NCBI GenBank assembly: GCA_018304985.1
Contig: JAGVWP010000001.1
Coordinates: forward strand, 3,913-67,912
Source: Candidatus Pacearchaeota archaeon
GTDB taxonomy: Archaea; Nanobdellota; Nanobdellia; Pacearchaeales; GW2011-AR1
Length of the DNA stretch: 64,000 nt
Reading direction: 5' to 3'
The notes beneath the pieces were generated by a model. The model had not been told where the DNA came from and ran no database searches. It worked only from the letters and a program-made list of their open reading frames with translations. A program made the position numbers and the translations under genes. Shown here piece by piece: positions 30,478 through 40,353 of this stretch. Positions within the stretch are counted from its first letter, which is position 1, and each line of letters begins with the position of its first letter.

Positions 30478-30531
30478 ATGAACCTTTGAAAAGACAAGCA
30501 AAAAACCTATCGGTTTTAAAGGTTCCCAAAA
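30478..30531. repeat. Hairpin repeat family B copy with internal insertion
   Basis: atgaaccttt...aaaggttcccaaaa, with about 30 extra nt in the loop. Confidence 0.65.
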
Positions 30532-30557
30532 CTAATAAAAATTAAATAAAAAACAAA

Positions 30558-32105
30558 ATGATAAAATTAACATGGAGAATATGGGCTTTGGTAATATTGC
30601 TAGCCTTATCTATATTATCTATTTTTAGCTTTCCTCCTTTGTTCTTTTCAAAAGGAGTTATTGTAAAAAGTGTTGAAGTTAACTCTACTGCATTTAATGA
30701 AGGATTAAAGCAAGGAGAAATTATAAAATCAATTAATAATCAGCCTATAAATAATTTTGATGAATATTCAAATATAGTTTCTCCATTAAATAATAAAACT
30801 AATGAGAGTATTAAATGGGTTATTACCACAAATAAGAATACATATTCATTTTTTAATCAAGGTTCTTTACAAATAGTTGTTAGTAATATCCCTAAAACAA
30901 CTTTAAAAACTGGTCTGGATCTTCAGGGAGGAGCAAGAGCGTTAGTTTCTCCGGAAAAACAATTAACAACTAATGAAATGCAGGATTTAATAGCAGTTAG
31001 CAATGAAAGATTAAATGTTTATGGTATAAGCGATGTTGTAATAAAACAAGTTAGTGACTTGACAGGAAATAATTATATGTTGGTTGAAATTGCTGGAGCA
31101 ACTCCAAAGGATTTAGAGTCTTTAATAGGGCAGCAAGGCAAATTTGAGGCAAAAATAGGAAATGAAACAGTATTTGTTGGAGGCAATAAGGATATAACTT
31201 ATGTTTGTAGGGATGATGCAAGTTGCGCAGGCATTGAAGCATGTAATCCTATTCAAGGCGGAGAGATATGTAATTATAGGTTTGTTATCCATTTAAGCGA
31301 AGAGGCTGCAAAAAGACATGCAGATATTACAAGTAAACTTTCTGTAAATTCTTCATCACCTACTGCGGGAGATAGATATCTTGAAAAACAAATTGATTTC
31401 TTTGTAGACGATAAACTATCAACCTCTCTTTATATTTCTGAAGATCTAAAAGGGCAGGTAACAACACAAATACAGATTCAGGGAAGTGGAACAGGCGCTG
31501 ATAGAAACTCTGCAATTCAAAGTGCGGAAGATTCAATGAAGAAAATGCAGACTATCCTTATTACAGGAAGCTTGCCGTATAAATTAAGTATTGTCAAGTT
31601 GGATACAATTTCTCCAGTACTTGGAGAGAGATTTAATTATTTAATCTTACTGACTGGACTGGCAGGCTTGATTGCAGTAGCAATTATAATTTTTGTTAGA
31701 TATAGAAATTTTAAGGCTTCTATGGCTTTGCTTTTCACAAGCTTTGCAGAAGTAGTAATTATTTTAGGAGTAGCTTCATTAATTAAATGGAATTTAGATC
31801 TGCCAAGTATTGTAGGGATACTTGTCACAATTGGAACAGGGGTTGACCAGCAGATAGTTATTCTTGATGAATTCAAATCAAAAAGAATTGAAAGTTTAAG
31901 AGAAAAATTAAAAAGCGCTTTATTCATTGTTGTTTCAGCTTTTTTTACAGCAGTAGTTTCACTTCTTCCTTTATTCTGGGCAGGAGCAGGACTCTTAAAG
32001 GGATTTGCAGTTACAACAATCATTGGACTAACAATTGGAGTTTTAATCTCAAGACCAGCATTTGCAGATATGCTTAAATTTTTAGGGGAAAGACATACGC
32101 AGTAA
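30558..32105 (+). CDS. secD: Protein translocase subunit SecD (archaeal)
   Basis: GLDLQGG, RLNVYGISD, GSLP and IGTGVDQQIVI motifs. Confidence 0.92.
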   Translation: MIKLTWRIWALVILLALSILSIFSFPPLFFSKGVIVKSVEVNSTAFNEGLKQGEIIKSINNQPINNFDEYSNIVSPLNNKTNESIKWVITTNKNTYSFFNQGSLQIVVSNIPKTTLKTGLDLQGGARALVSPEKQLTTNEMQDLIAVSNERLNVYGISDVVIKQVSDLTGNNYMLVEIAGATPKDLESLIGQQGKFEAKIGNETVFVGGNKDITYVCRDDASCAGIEACNPIQGGEICNYRFVIHLSEEAAKRHADITSKLSVNSSSPTAGDRYLEKQIDFFVDDKLSTSLYISEDLKGQVTTQIQIQGSGTGADRNSAIQSAEDSMKKMQTILITGSLPYKLSIVKLDTISPVLGERFNYLILLTGLAGLIAVAIIIFVRYRNFKASMALLFTSFAEVVIILGVASLIKWNLDLPSIVGILVTIGTGVDQQIVILDEFKSKRIESLREKLKSALFIVVSAFFTAVVSLLPLFWAGAGLLKGFAVTTIIGLTIGVLISRPAFADMLKFLGERHTQ

Positions 32106-32106
32106 A

Positions 32107-32553
32107 ATGCTTCCTAAAATCCATATTCTTCTAGGCATAATTTTCTCTTTAAGTTTCTGGTATCTTTTTCCACAAATCGGTTTTCTTGGCTTTGCAATAA
32201 TTTTTGCTTCTTCAGTATTAATTGATGTTGACCATTACTTATTTTATGCTTATACAAGGAAGGACTGGAATTATTTTCATGCTAAGAAATGGTTTATGGA
32301 TAAGACAATGGAATTTAGAAAAATGCCAAAAGGCAAGAGAAAAAAATTGGCAAGAGCGATTCCGTGCATTTTTCATGGAATTGAAGCTATAATTATCCTG
32401 CTTTTTTTATCATTGTTTTCAAATATTTTCTTTTTTATCCTTATAGGTTTTTTATTTCACGAATTTCTTGATTTAATTGGCATTATATATTGGGGCTATG
32501 ACTTGAATCATATACTTTCTCAAACGCGGAATATTTTACGATATAAAAAATAA
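32107..32553 (+). CDS. Membrane-bound metal-dependent hydrolase-like protein
   Basis: H near the N-terminus, IDVDH, FHGIE and HEFLD motifs; TM segments. Confidence 0.55.
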   Translation: MLPKIHILLGIIFSLSFWYLFPQIGFLGFAIIFASSVLIDVDHYLFYAYTRKDWNYFHAKKWFMDKTMEFRKMPKGKRKKLARAIPCIFHGIEAIIILLFLSLFSNIFFFILIGFLFHEFLDLIGIIYWGYDLNHILSQTRNILRYKK

Positions 32554-32738
32554 GATCAAATGTAACCCTTACAGAAATGTTCTGAAAACATGCTATATCT
32601 CTTTTTAATTTATGCTTAAGCTACTGATGTTTATATTTAATTAGATAAAGTAAAATTTATTAATAAGCTATAAACCATGCAAAATTTCTCTCAATGAGAA
32701 ATTTTATAATGTAATGATTCAAACCTGTTTTAAAGATT

Positions 32739-32936
32739 TTAGAATTTTTTGAACTTAGTTGTTAATTCCAAAAGATCAACCTGTCCTAGAAAAGCTGCTC
32801 TGCAGCAATATCTTTCCAATCCCAGCTCATCCATTACTTTTCCAGGCTCTTCGCCAGATTCTACACGCTTTTTAAAATCGTCGTGCAAATGTGCTATCGG
32901 ACGACCGCAACTCATACACCTTATGGGACAAATCAT
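32739..32936 (-). CDS. rpoN: RNA polymerase subunit Rpo10 (RpoN)
   Basis: MICPIRCMSCG...LGLERYCCR; start set at ATG 32936. Confidence 0.95.
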   Translation of the reverse strand: MICPIRCMSCGRPIAHLHDDFKKRVESGEEPGKVMDELGLERYCCRAAFLGQVDLLELTTKFKKF

Positions 32937-32951
32937 TGTATATTTATCCAC

Positions 32952-33896
32952 TTAAGGATATTTATAAAGCTTTTGATTCATAGTTTCTAAATTTTTAGTA
33001 CATGAATTCACAATATTCAAAAAAGATTTAATTTCTTCCTGCTTTCCTAAATTAAGAACCCAAATAGGTTTACGTTTATCTCCTGGAGGATATTTTCTTA
33101 AATTCAACCTTGGATGGAATCCAAGCCCCTCGATTAATTGTTTAGTTAATTGAATAGTGTTTTCTTCACAACTTACAATTATTAATATAAGATAGCTTCT
33201 ATTATATCTTTTATCATGATTTATGCTCAAACATCCTTCACTTTCATGTATGCCTTTTAAAAAATAAATTGGATAATCTAAGGCGATTTTTCTTATATCT
33301 TCTATAGTCAGGTTATTAAACCAATTATAAAATAACTTTGATGAAGCAATAGTTCTCCAATATTTTTTCTTTTGAAAAATATTTGGATTTAGACCTATCT
33401 TTTTTAAGGTGTCATAAAAACACTTACAAAAATTATAATCCAAAACATCTAATCCTATGAAAGAGTTATTTTTGTATTTATATGTCCAAGCATCACCAAG
33501 TAGAACTCCCAAGATATAAGATATATCGGGTGAGGAAGAAAGATTTGGATTTAGAGTGTTTCCAGGATCCCTCCATTTCAAAAATGAAGTTGATTTTCTT
33601 AATTTAATATTATTTTTTAAAAGATTTTCTCTTATTGTCCATTGTGAGCAATTATATTTTTTTGCTATATCCTTAAAAGATAAATTTTTATTTTCATAAA
33701 AATCTACTAAATCGTCTTTTTTAATATTTATCTTTATTTCATAAAGCCTTCTTTTTATTTTATACTCTATAAGCCTTCTTCTAATTGTTTCTGGGTTACA
33801 TCTATATATTTTAGAAATATCGCTTGTGGATTTTCTTTTTTTCAAATAAAGTCCCTTAAGTTTGCTTCTTGGGATTGTTATTTTTTCATTTTTCAT
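32952..33896 (-). CDS. LAGLIDADG homing-endonuclease-like protein with two N-terminal HTH repeats
   Basis: SYILGVLLGDA and FLKGIHESEGC motifs; two LY...S..DI.K.Y.C...TIR..L repeats. Confidence 0.82.
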   Translation of the reverse strand: MKNEKITIPRSKLKGLYLKKRKSTSDISKIYRCNPETIRRRLIEYKIKRRLYEIKINIKKDDLVDFYENKNLSFKDIAKKYNCSQWTIRENLLKNNIKLRKSTSFLKWRDPGNTLNPNLSSSPDISYILGVLLGDAWTYKYKNNSFIGLDVLDYNFCKCFYDTLKKIGLNPNIFQKKKYWRTIASSKLFYNWFNNLTIEDIRKIALDYPIYFLKGIHESEGCLSINHDKRYNRSYLILIIVSCEENTIQLTKQLIEGLGFHPRLNLRKYPPGDKRKPIWVLNLGKQEEIKSFLNIVNSCTKNLETMNQKLYKYP

Positions 33897-33961
33897 TAAT
33901 CTTTAGATCTCAAAATGGAGTCGAGGCATCACAGAATAAAAATAAAGGTATAAAAATATAA

Positions 33962-34795
33962 TTATAATCTGCTAAATAATCCTAATACCTCTTCAAGTTT
34001 TGAAGCAGGTAGTTCTCCTGTTCTGACACCTTCAACAATTTTTTTATGTTCTTCAATTTCTTGAGGAGTGTATTTTTTCACGTTTTCAGTTTCAGTAGTT
34101 TTAGAAACTTTTTGTGAAGCGCCTTCGGCGCTTACTTCACGCACCCCACGAACCCTATCGCCGCTATGAAGGTCCCTGCTGCCGCCATTAAGCACAGACC
34201 TGCTGTCAAGCCTGCTGAACCACAGCTGTCTAGCAAAAGGATAATTTTGTTTATTAACATAATCTTTATCAACTGCCCAAACAGGCATTTTCATTATTTC
34301 TGGTTCTCCATTTCTTAACCAATTTCCATAGGCCTGTGCTTTATCTGAATCTCCTGCTCCAAAAGCCCAGATAGTTAACGCTTCTTCATTAAACCTATTT
34401 GTTGGAATTCCTATATTATGCAAAGGAAAGTCAACAGAATCTGCTAAAGCTTTTTCAATAGCTTCTTTAGAAGGATAAAATTCTTTAATATCCCTATGTG
34501 CCTGTGTTGCTTCTTCAGCTGAATATAAAATTGGAGAATTTCTAACTAATTTAGTTCCTTTTCTAGGAATGTAAAGAACTCCTTCTCTTACATAATTTCC
34601 CTTTGTAGAAACATTATGCTGTTTACCTTGAATCATTCTTTGCTCAACATTTACAGGCAAAGAAATAATATCATAATTTTCACTTTCTAATTCTGCTTGA
34701 GCTAAATCAAAAGGAGCATAAACTATTCCAGATTGAAGTTTACTTGGAACTATATCCACATTTACTTCATACTTTGTTTGAGTTGCTGTTGCCAT
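33962..34795 (-). CDS. Probable DGR target protein (internal variable region)
   Basis: QLWF...L.G..RDL....RVRGVR segment in a GC-rich island with many RRC codons, followed by a GAA-loop hairpin. Confidence 0.7.
   Translation of the reverse strand: MATATQTKYEVNVDIVPSKLQSGIVYAPFDLAQAELESENYDIISLPVNVEQRMIQGKQHNVSTKGNYVREGVLYIPRKGTKLVRNSPILYSAEEATQAHRDIKEFYPSKEAIEKALADSVDFPLHNIGIPTNRFNEEALTIWAFGAGDSDKAQAYGNWLRNGEPEIMKMPVWAVDKDYVNKQNYPFARQLWFSRLDSRSVLNGGSRDLHSGDRVRGVREVSAEGASQKVSKTTETENVKKYTPQEIEEHKKIVEGVRTGELPASKLEEVLGLFSRL
34117..34133 (-). other. DGR-type target-recognition hairpin (7-bp stem, GAA loop)
   Basis: Minus strand AAGCGCC-GAA-GGCGCTT immediately 3' of the putative VR. Confidence 0.7.
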
Positions 34796-34852
34796 ATTTT
34801 TTCTAGAAAAGTAGACTATTTAAACTTTTCTATTAATATTAATTTATTAGTA

Positions 34853-34874
34853 GTAACAATAAAAAGGTTTATAA
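34853..34874 (+). promoter_or_regulatory. 22-bp duplicated promoter (BRE/TATA-like), copy 1
   Basis: gtaacaataaaaaggtttataa, identical at 38214-38235; each copy ends 36-38 nt before an ATG. Confidence 0.65.
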
Positions 34875-34912
34875 GTAATTATTTATACTAATTAAAATAA
34901 GAGTAAGTAAAA

Positions 34913-35626
34913 ATGAAACACGAAATAGAACTGAAGAATGTAACAAAGTATTATTATATGGGTGAGAATATAGTGAAAGCTTTGGATGGAATTAGCATTA
35001 ATATTGAAACGGGAGATTTTGTTGCAATAATGGGGCCTAGTGGAAGTGGAAAATCAACAGGCATGAATCTTACAGGAAGTTTGGATTATGCAACAAAAGG
35101 AGAAATATACTTAAATGGAATGAATATTGAAGAACTTTCAGAATCTGAATTAGCCCAAGTAAGGGGGAAGAAAATCGGATTCATATTTCAGGGTTTTAAT
35201 TTAATTCCTAATTTAACCGCGTTGGAAAATGTAATGCTTCCAATGACTTTTCAAGGATTAGATAAAGATGAGAGAAGAGAAAGAGCTGAGAAGCTTCTTG
35301 AAAAAGTTGAATTAAAAGAAAGGGAAGATCACTATCCTAATCAGCTTTCAGGCGGGCAACAGCAAAGAGTTGCAATTGCAAGAGCATTGGCAAATAATCC
35401 TGAAATAATTCTTGCAGACGAGCCGACTGGAAATTTAGATACAAGAACCGGAGAGATTGTTATTGAATTTCTTGAAAAACTAAATAGTGAAGGCAAAACA
35501 ATAATTATGGTTACTCATGATCCTAATCTGGCACAAAAACATGCCAGAACAGTTTACTGGCTGAAAGATGGAAAAGTGGAGAAAGTTACTAAGAAAGTTA
35601 AGGGAAAGTGGGTAGTTGTAAAATGA
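34913..35626 (+). CDS. ABC transporter ATP-binding protein (LolD/MacB family)
   Basis: [32 protein letters not shown] and VTHD motifs. Confidence 0.93.
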   Translation: MKHEIELKNVTKYYYMGENIVKALDGISINIETGDFVAIMGPSGSGKSTGMNLTGSLDYATKGEIYLNGMNIEELSESELAQVRGKKIGFIFQGFNLIPNLTALENVMLPMTFQGLDKDERRERAEKLLEKVELKEREDHYPNQLSGGQQQRVAIARALANNPEIILADEPTGNLDTRTGEIVIEFLEKLNSEGKTIIMVTHDPNLAQKHARTVYWLKDGKVEKVTKKVKGKWVVVK

Positions 35627-35757
35627 TTAAAATTTAGAGCAACATATTATAAGGATATACCAACAAGTTGTTACAGTTAGTAGAAATTCCTCTCGATTGA
35701 TATTTTTTATATGTAAATATTTAAGAATACTATGAATTTCTTGGTGTATAAGTTTGA

Positions 35758-36606
35758 TTAATAGTTCGAGATCGTTAGTCTGATTTTTGGATATTCGTTA
35801 TAGTAAACGTCTAGTCTTGGAAAGTTATTATTATCGGATTTAGAATACTCCATGCTTTGATCTTGATTCAAGAAATATTCTAAGCCAAGGTTATCCCAAG
35901 GAAATCTCCAATTGTTTTTAGTTAAGTATGAATGATGTTTTATGTATGTTTCGTTTAGTGGATAGACCGAATTATATTCACAAATTAAGTTGTAATATTT
36001 TGTTCCCCATGTGTCTGTTTTTACCTCGTATTTTATGGTTTCACATTCACCGTTGTTAGAATATATAGGTATATCTTCAAGATAATTTGAAAATTGTCTT
36101 TTATAAGAAAAGTAATTTGAGTTGTAAGCTACTAAAGATATTCCGACTACTATAAGCAATACAACTATTGACAAAATAATAATGTTTTTACGAAGGCTTT
36201 CTTTTTCTTTAACTTTAAAAAGTCCAATTATTCCAATTATGACTCCAATTGCGTAGATAATTCCCAGAACTGGACCACCAAAGATTATTGTAAATATAAG
36301 TACATAACCTACTTCCCCCCATCCAAAGAAAATGTAAGAAACTAGTGCAGCTCCTATAAGGGTAATTATTCCAAGTAAAATAGTAGCTATTAACACCTTT
36401 TTAGCTTTGTTATTTAGTGAGTTTTGTTCTGAATATGATAAAATAATCAAAATAGGTATATTTAATAAGAGTATAATAGAAACCAGATAAATAAATTGAT
36501 AAGCTTGACCTAAGGCGTCTGAATTCAAAATTACCAAGAAATAACGGGAGAAATACAACAATACTGACAAGACTAATAACCCCCAAAGAACTTTTTTCTC
36601 TACCAT
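35758..36606 (-). CDS. Hypothetical membrane protein (about 5 TM plus soluble domain)
   Basis: 282-aa ORF with a hydrophobic N-terminal half. Confidence 0.65.
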   Translation of the reverse strand: MVEKKVLWGLLVLSVLLYFSRYFLVILNSDALGQAYQFIYLVSIILLLNIPILIILSYSEQNSLNNKAKKVLIATILLGIITLIGAALVSYIFFGWGEVGYVLIFTIIFGGPVLGIIYAIGVIIGIIGLFKVKEKESLRKNIIILSIVVLLIVVGISLVAYNSNYFSYKRQFSNYLEDIPIYSNNGECETIKYEVKTDTWGTKYYNLICEYNSVYPLNETYIKHHSYLTKNNWRFPWDNLGLEYFLNQDQSMEYSKSDNNNFPRLDVYYNEYPKIRLTISNY

Positions 36607-36760
36607 TTACATATTTATGTTTAATTAGATTTAAAAACTTTGTCTTATCCAGAAATAATGTTCATTCGACAAATAAGAATAGAAAAGTTCAATAAAGCTA
36701 AACTTAAAACACCTACATTTACATATTTTATTTAATTTCTTAATATATTCTACTTTAATT

Positions 36761-37420
36761 TTATTTTTTAGCATTTTTATCAATTTGCTTATTTAACAAA
36801 TTCCAAAGCTTATCTAAAACATATTCAGGAATAACCACTTTATTTTTATTTGTTAAATTTTCAAATGTTGTTCTAAGTTCTAAAATAGCTCTTTCACTTC
36901 CTAAATTAACCTGATTTTCAGCTTCATTAATTATCAAATCCCAATTTATTTTTGAATTATTTATTATATTCAATATATCCAGTTCGTCTTTCTCTCTTCC
37001 AGTAACTGCTTTCATTATGATTAGATCATGAATATCTGCAATTTTTATTATTAAATTATCATTAAATTGCCGAATAGTATCCTCGGATCTTTTTTGCATC
37101 TGCTTTGAAAAAGTCGAGGTTATAACTTTTAACAAAAATAAATCAATCCTTGCATCATCTAACTTAATTAAAATAGGTTTATTGCTTCTATCTCCGTAAA
37201 CTACCTTTGCATCCATTTCACCATACCCTAAAGATTCTGCAGCTTTCTTAAAAGCCTGCCTGTCTTTATCGTTTGTGAAAATTAAATCTATGTCTAATGA
37301 ATTTGCTTTTAATCCAAGAAACATAAGCGCTGTCCCGCCTATTGCATATATTGTAATTTTTTTGTCAAGTCTCTTCGCTATTGATGTAAATAAATTTGTT
37401 TGATCTACTAAAGATATCAT
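36761..37420 (-). CDS. Nucleotidyltransferase (DUF6036/AbiEii-like)
   Basis: IGGTAL...K..S.DID, DLIIMK and GREKD..DI motifs. Confidence 0.75.
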   Translation of the reverse strand: MISLVDQTNLFTSIAKRLDKKITIYAIGGTALMFLGLKANSLDIDLIFTNDKDRQAFKKAAESLGYGEMDAKVVYGDRSNKPILIKLDDARIDLFLLKVITSTFSKQMQKRSEDTIRQFNDNLIIKIADIHDLIIMKAVTGREKDELDILNIINNSKINWDLIINEAENQVNLGSERAILELRTTFENLTNKNKVVIPEYVLDKLWNLLNKQIDKNAKK

Positions 37421-38058
37421 AATTCATATTCCTCCAAATCGGCAGTATTTAACGGAATATAAACTTTCCATTTTTTTTCAAGGTCGGTAAAACTTTTAGA
37501 ACTAAATCCTTCAATAAAATACTTGTATTTATCAGATTTTTTTGGTGTTGCAAGAGTCTTGAATCTTTTAGGCATTCTTCTTATCTTTGGAATTACAAGC
37601 CTTGCAATATCATACAATATTGCTACTTCTCTTACCAAATCTTCTTTTTTAGCAAGTTTGTATAAACTGCTCCAGTCTTTTAATCCCCTAAATAAAGAAA
37701 GCGAGGCGATAAGAAACCTTACATCTCTGCGATTTATTGCATAAATCAGGGTTTCTTCTATACTGGGAATTTTGCCATAAATAATATGATTTCCATAGTC
37801 AGCTAATTTTATTCCAGCTGTAGGAGCATATTTATTTATAATATCTATATAACTTATGCCTTTAGCCGGATTTGTAACATAAATATAATACACTCTCATT
37901 TTGCTAGAAGTGTATTTAGTTTTAACATATCCTTTCTTTCGTAATTTATACACAATATAAACTGCTCTAGCCCTGTCTATATCTAACTGGTCTTGGATTG
38001 TCTGAATTGTGTGCATTCCTTCTAATTTTTTAGCTAATTCGAATAATTTGGTTTTTAT
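37417..38058 (-). CDS. wHTH protein, putative AbiEi-like partner (start uncertain)
   Basis: N-terminal HTH (..AVYIVYKLRKKGYV..) and IPSIEETLI; overlaps the NTase start by ATGA. Confidence 0.65.
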   Translation of the reverse strand: MKTKLFELAKKLEGMHTIQTIQDQLDIDRARAVYIVYKLRKKGYVKTKYTSSKMRVYYIYVTNPAKGISYIDIINKYAPTAGIKLADYGNHIIYGKIPSIEETLIYAINRRDVRFLIASLSLFRGLKDWSSLYKLAKKEDLVREVAILYDIARLVIPKIRRMPKRFKTLATPKKSDKYKYFIEGFSSKSFTDLEKKWKVYIPLNTADLEEYEL

Positions 38059-38213
38059 AATTAAATGTATGCGAACTAATATATAAACTTTTCTATTATT
38101 TAAGCTAAATGTTAAATGTATGAGCAATAATATATAAATAAAGTCTTTATTTATATTATATCATTTGAATAAGCTTTTTTAGGATTAAAGATAGATATTT
38201 TAACTTCTTAATG

Positions 38214-38235
38214 GTAACAATAAAAAGGTTTATAA
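38214..38235 (+). promoter_or_regulatory. 22-bp duplicated promoter, copy 2
   Basis: Identical to 34853-34874. Confidence 0.65.
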
Positions 38236-38271
38236 ACTTAGATTTATGGTGATTTTAAGGAGAAAAATGAA

Positions 38272-38652
38272 ATGGAAAGCAGAACAAATGAAGAAAGTGA
38301 AATTGAAAGCGCAATAGAAAGTTATAGAAAGTCAACTTCTAAAAAAAGGTTTATGTTGAAACCTGAAGAAGTCCCGCAATTAATTAGAACTTTTCTTGAT
38401 ATGTTCTATCCTGATGAAGAAACTGATGAATGGTTAAGAACGAAAAATAAAGTATATGGCGGTAAAACTGGCTTAGAGATATTTAGTGAGTTAGATCCTA
38501 AAAAATTAAAGGGCTATATTCATAAATTTCATGATGGTGTATATAAGGTTCTTGCCTTTACTACAGTTCCTGAAGTAATTCCTGTTGAAAGATTTTATTC
38601 AGCAGTTAGAGAAGCGCAATATAAACAACTAAAAGAAATAGGTTTGATTTAA
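38272..38652 (+). CDS. Hypothetical protein (weak MbcA/ParS C-terminal-like motif)
   Basis: SD aaggag; EWLRTKNKVYGGKTGLE segment. Confidence 0.55.
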   Translation: MESRTNEESEIESAIESYRKSTSKKRFMLKPEEVPQLIRTFLDMFYPDEETDEWLRTKNKVYGGKTGLEIFSELDPKKLKGYIHKFHDGVYKVLAFTTVPEVIPVERFYSAVREAQYKQLKEIGLI

Positions 38653-38653
38653 A

Positions 38654-39199
38654 ATGGAAAACGGAAAAGCTAAATTAGGAAAATTAGAAATTGGTTTAGA
38701 TCAACTTGCAAAGTTTATAGTTAAAGCTAAAAAAAATTGTTATGCTGGAAATGGTCAAGAAGAAAGATTAAGAGATGGCTCTAAAGTTCTGACTTTTCAA
38801 GATGGAGATTTTCATTATACTGATAATTATGCTGGTTTCTACCAAGCTCCCGGAACAGAAATTGTGAGATGGCAAAAAGCTGACGGGCAAAGGTTATGGC
38901 AGATGTCTTATCATGGAAGAATGTTGCCTGAATTTCGGGAAAATGAAGAATTTGCAAAACTAACTTTTAGATTTTTAAAATTAGCATTATCTGAAGCATC
39001 ACAAGACAAACCATTTAGAGGCCCTGAATGGGATAATGGATTTAGAATAGATGACTGGAGATTTAGTAATTGGTTGTATAAAACAAAGACTGAAGGCAAC
39101 CTAACAAACTTCAGAGGAAAAGAAAGAATATTCAATGAATTAGGAAATGAAGTATTTTCACAAGATTATATAGGAGGTTTAGTTATTCCTAAAGATTAA
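38654..39199 (+). CDS. DUF5680-like protein
   Basis: FIVKAKKNCYAG, YTDNYAG, WQMSYHG, PFRGP and Y.GG motifs. Confidence 0.7.
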   Translation: MENGKAKLGKLEIGLDQLAKFIVKAKKNCYAGNGQEERLRDGSKVLTFQDGDFHYTDNYAGFYQAPGTEIVRWQKADGQRLWQMSYHGRMLPEFRENEEFAKLTFRFLKLALSEASQDKPFRGPEWDNGFRIDDWRFSNWLYKTKTEGNLTNFRGKERIFNELGNEVFSQDYIGGLVIPKD

Positions 39200-39200
39200 A

Positions 39201-39458
39201 ATGAAAAGCAGACAAGAATCACATTTAAAGAATATCACAAGAAATATTGATAATTCTATAGCTAACCTAATTTCTCCAAATAGAGAAAGTAATATTTACT
39301 GTAATCTTAGTCTTTTTGAAAATGTAGTAATTGGGGGGTTATTAACTGGAGGAACAGCTAATGCTATAAAAGCAGGAAATGAAATCGGAATAATAAATGC
39401 AGGTATTCTAGCTATTTATTTAAGACATGTTTATTTAGCGAAAAGTTATGATAATTAA
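39201..39458 (+). CDS. Hypothetical protein
   Basis: Tightly coupled 85-aa ORF within the operon. Confidence 0.45.
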   Translation: MKSRQESHLKNITRNIDNSIANLISPNRESNIYCNLSLFENVVIGGLLTGGTANAIKAGNEIGIINAGILAIYLRHVYLAKSYDN

Positions 39459-39459
39459 A

Positions 39460-40353
39460 ATGGAAAATAAAAAAACATTTCAAGTTTTGGTATTAACATT
39501 TTTACTTAGCTTGGCTCTTGTTATTACCTTAAGTTCAGTTGCATCTGCAATAACTGTAAGCTCTTTAACTCAAGGAAAGCTTTATCCTGGAGAACAGGCA
39601 ACAATAAGCCTAAGTATAAAAAATACTCTAAATCAGGATGTTGAAGATGTTTCTATGAATTTGCTTTTAGAGGAAACTAAGTTTATTTCAGTAGGTGGAA
39701 GCGAGGAAAGTATTGATGAAATAAGAGAAGATAAAGACAAAAGTTTTGATTTTACACTTAAAGCTTCGCAAGATATTGCTCCTGGAGATTATAATATCCC
39801 TTATGTAATTAGTTATACTGATCCAAATCCTAGTTCTGATGGAAAAAAAATTGAGAAAAAAGGAAGTATTGGAGTTACTGTAAGCGCTAGAACAGAGCTT
39901 GATTATATTGCATCTGCTGAGAACCCTGTAATAGGCCAGCAAGGAAAAGTAAGCCTGAAAATTGTAAACAGAGGATTTGGAGATGTTAAATTTGTTTCTG
40001 TTAAAATAAAACCACAAGGTTTTACATTGCTGTCAAGTGAAGATGTTTATATTGGAAATGTTGATTCAGATGATTTTGAAACAGCAACTTATGATGTTTT
40101 ATTCAAAGATCAAACTGCTAGATTAAAAGCAAGTGTTGAATATAGAGATTTTGACAATAAAAAGCTAGTTGAAGAAATAGACCTTCCATTAAATGTTTAT
40201 ACAAGAGAAAAAGCTTTAGAACTTGGGATAATCCAGAAGAATAATACATGGATGTATGGAATTATTGTTGTATTTGTTGTTATTGCTTGGTTTGTTTATA
40301 GAACAATAAAAAAAAGAATGAAAAGAAATAAAAAAAGAGATGATGGGAAGTAA
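39460..40353 (+). CDS. COG1361-like S-layer-domain/Ig-fold membrane-anchored protein
   Basis: Signal peptide, PGE..T....IKN, APGDYNIP, YIGNVDSDDFET and a C-terminal TM; typical partner of MacB-like permeases. Confidence 0.75.
   Translation: MENKKTFQVLVLTFLLSLALVITLSSVASAITVSSLTQGKLYPGEQATISLSIKNTLNQDVEDVSMNLLLEETKFISVGGSEESIDEIREDKDKSFDFTLKASQDIAPGDYNIPYVISYTDPNPSSDGKKIEKKGSIGVTVSARTELDYIASAENPVIGQQGKVSLKIVNRGFGDVKFVSVKIKPQGFTLLSSEDVYIGNVDSDDFETATYDVLFKDQTARLKASVEYRDFDNKKLVEEIDLPLNVYTREKALELGIIQKNNTWMYGIIVVFVVIAWFVYRTIKKRMKRNKKRDDGK

Noticed and set aside
32937-33961. LAGLIDADG ORF as a BHB intron or intein in rpo10
   Set aside because: The flanks pair briefly (TCCATT/AGTGGA) but give no 3-4-3 bulge-helix-bulge. 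Rpo10 is complete, and there are no intein terminal residues.
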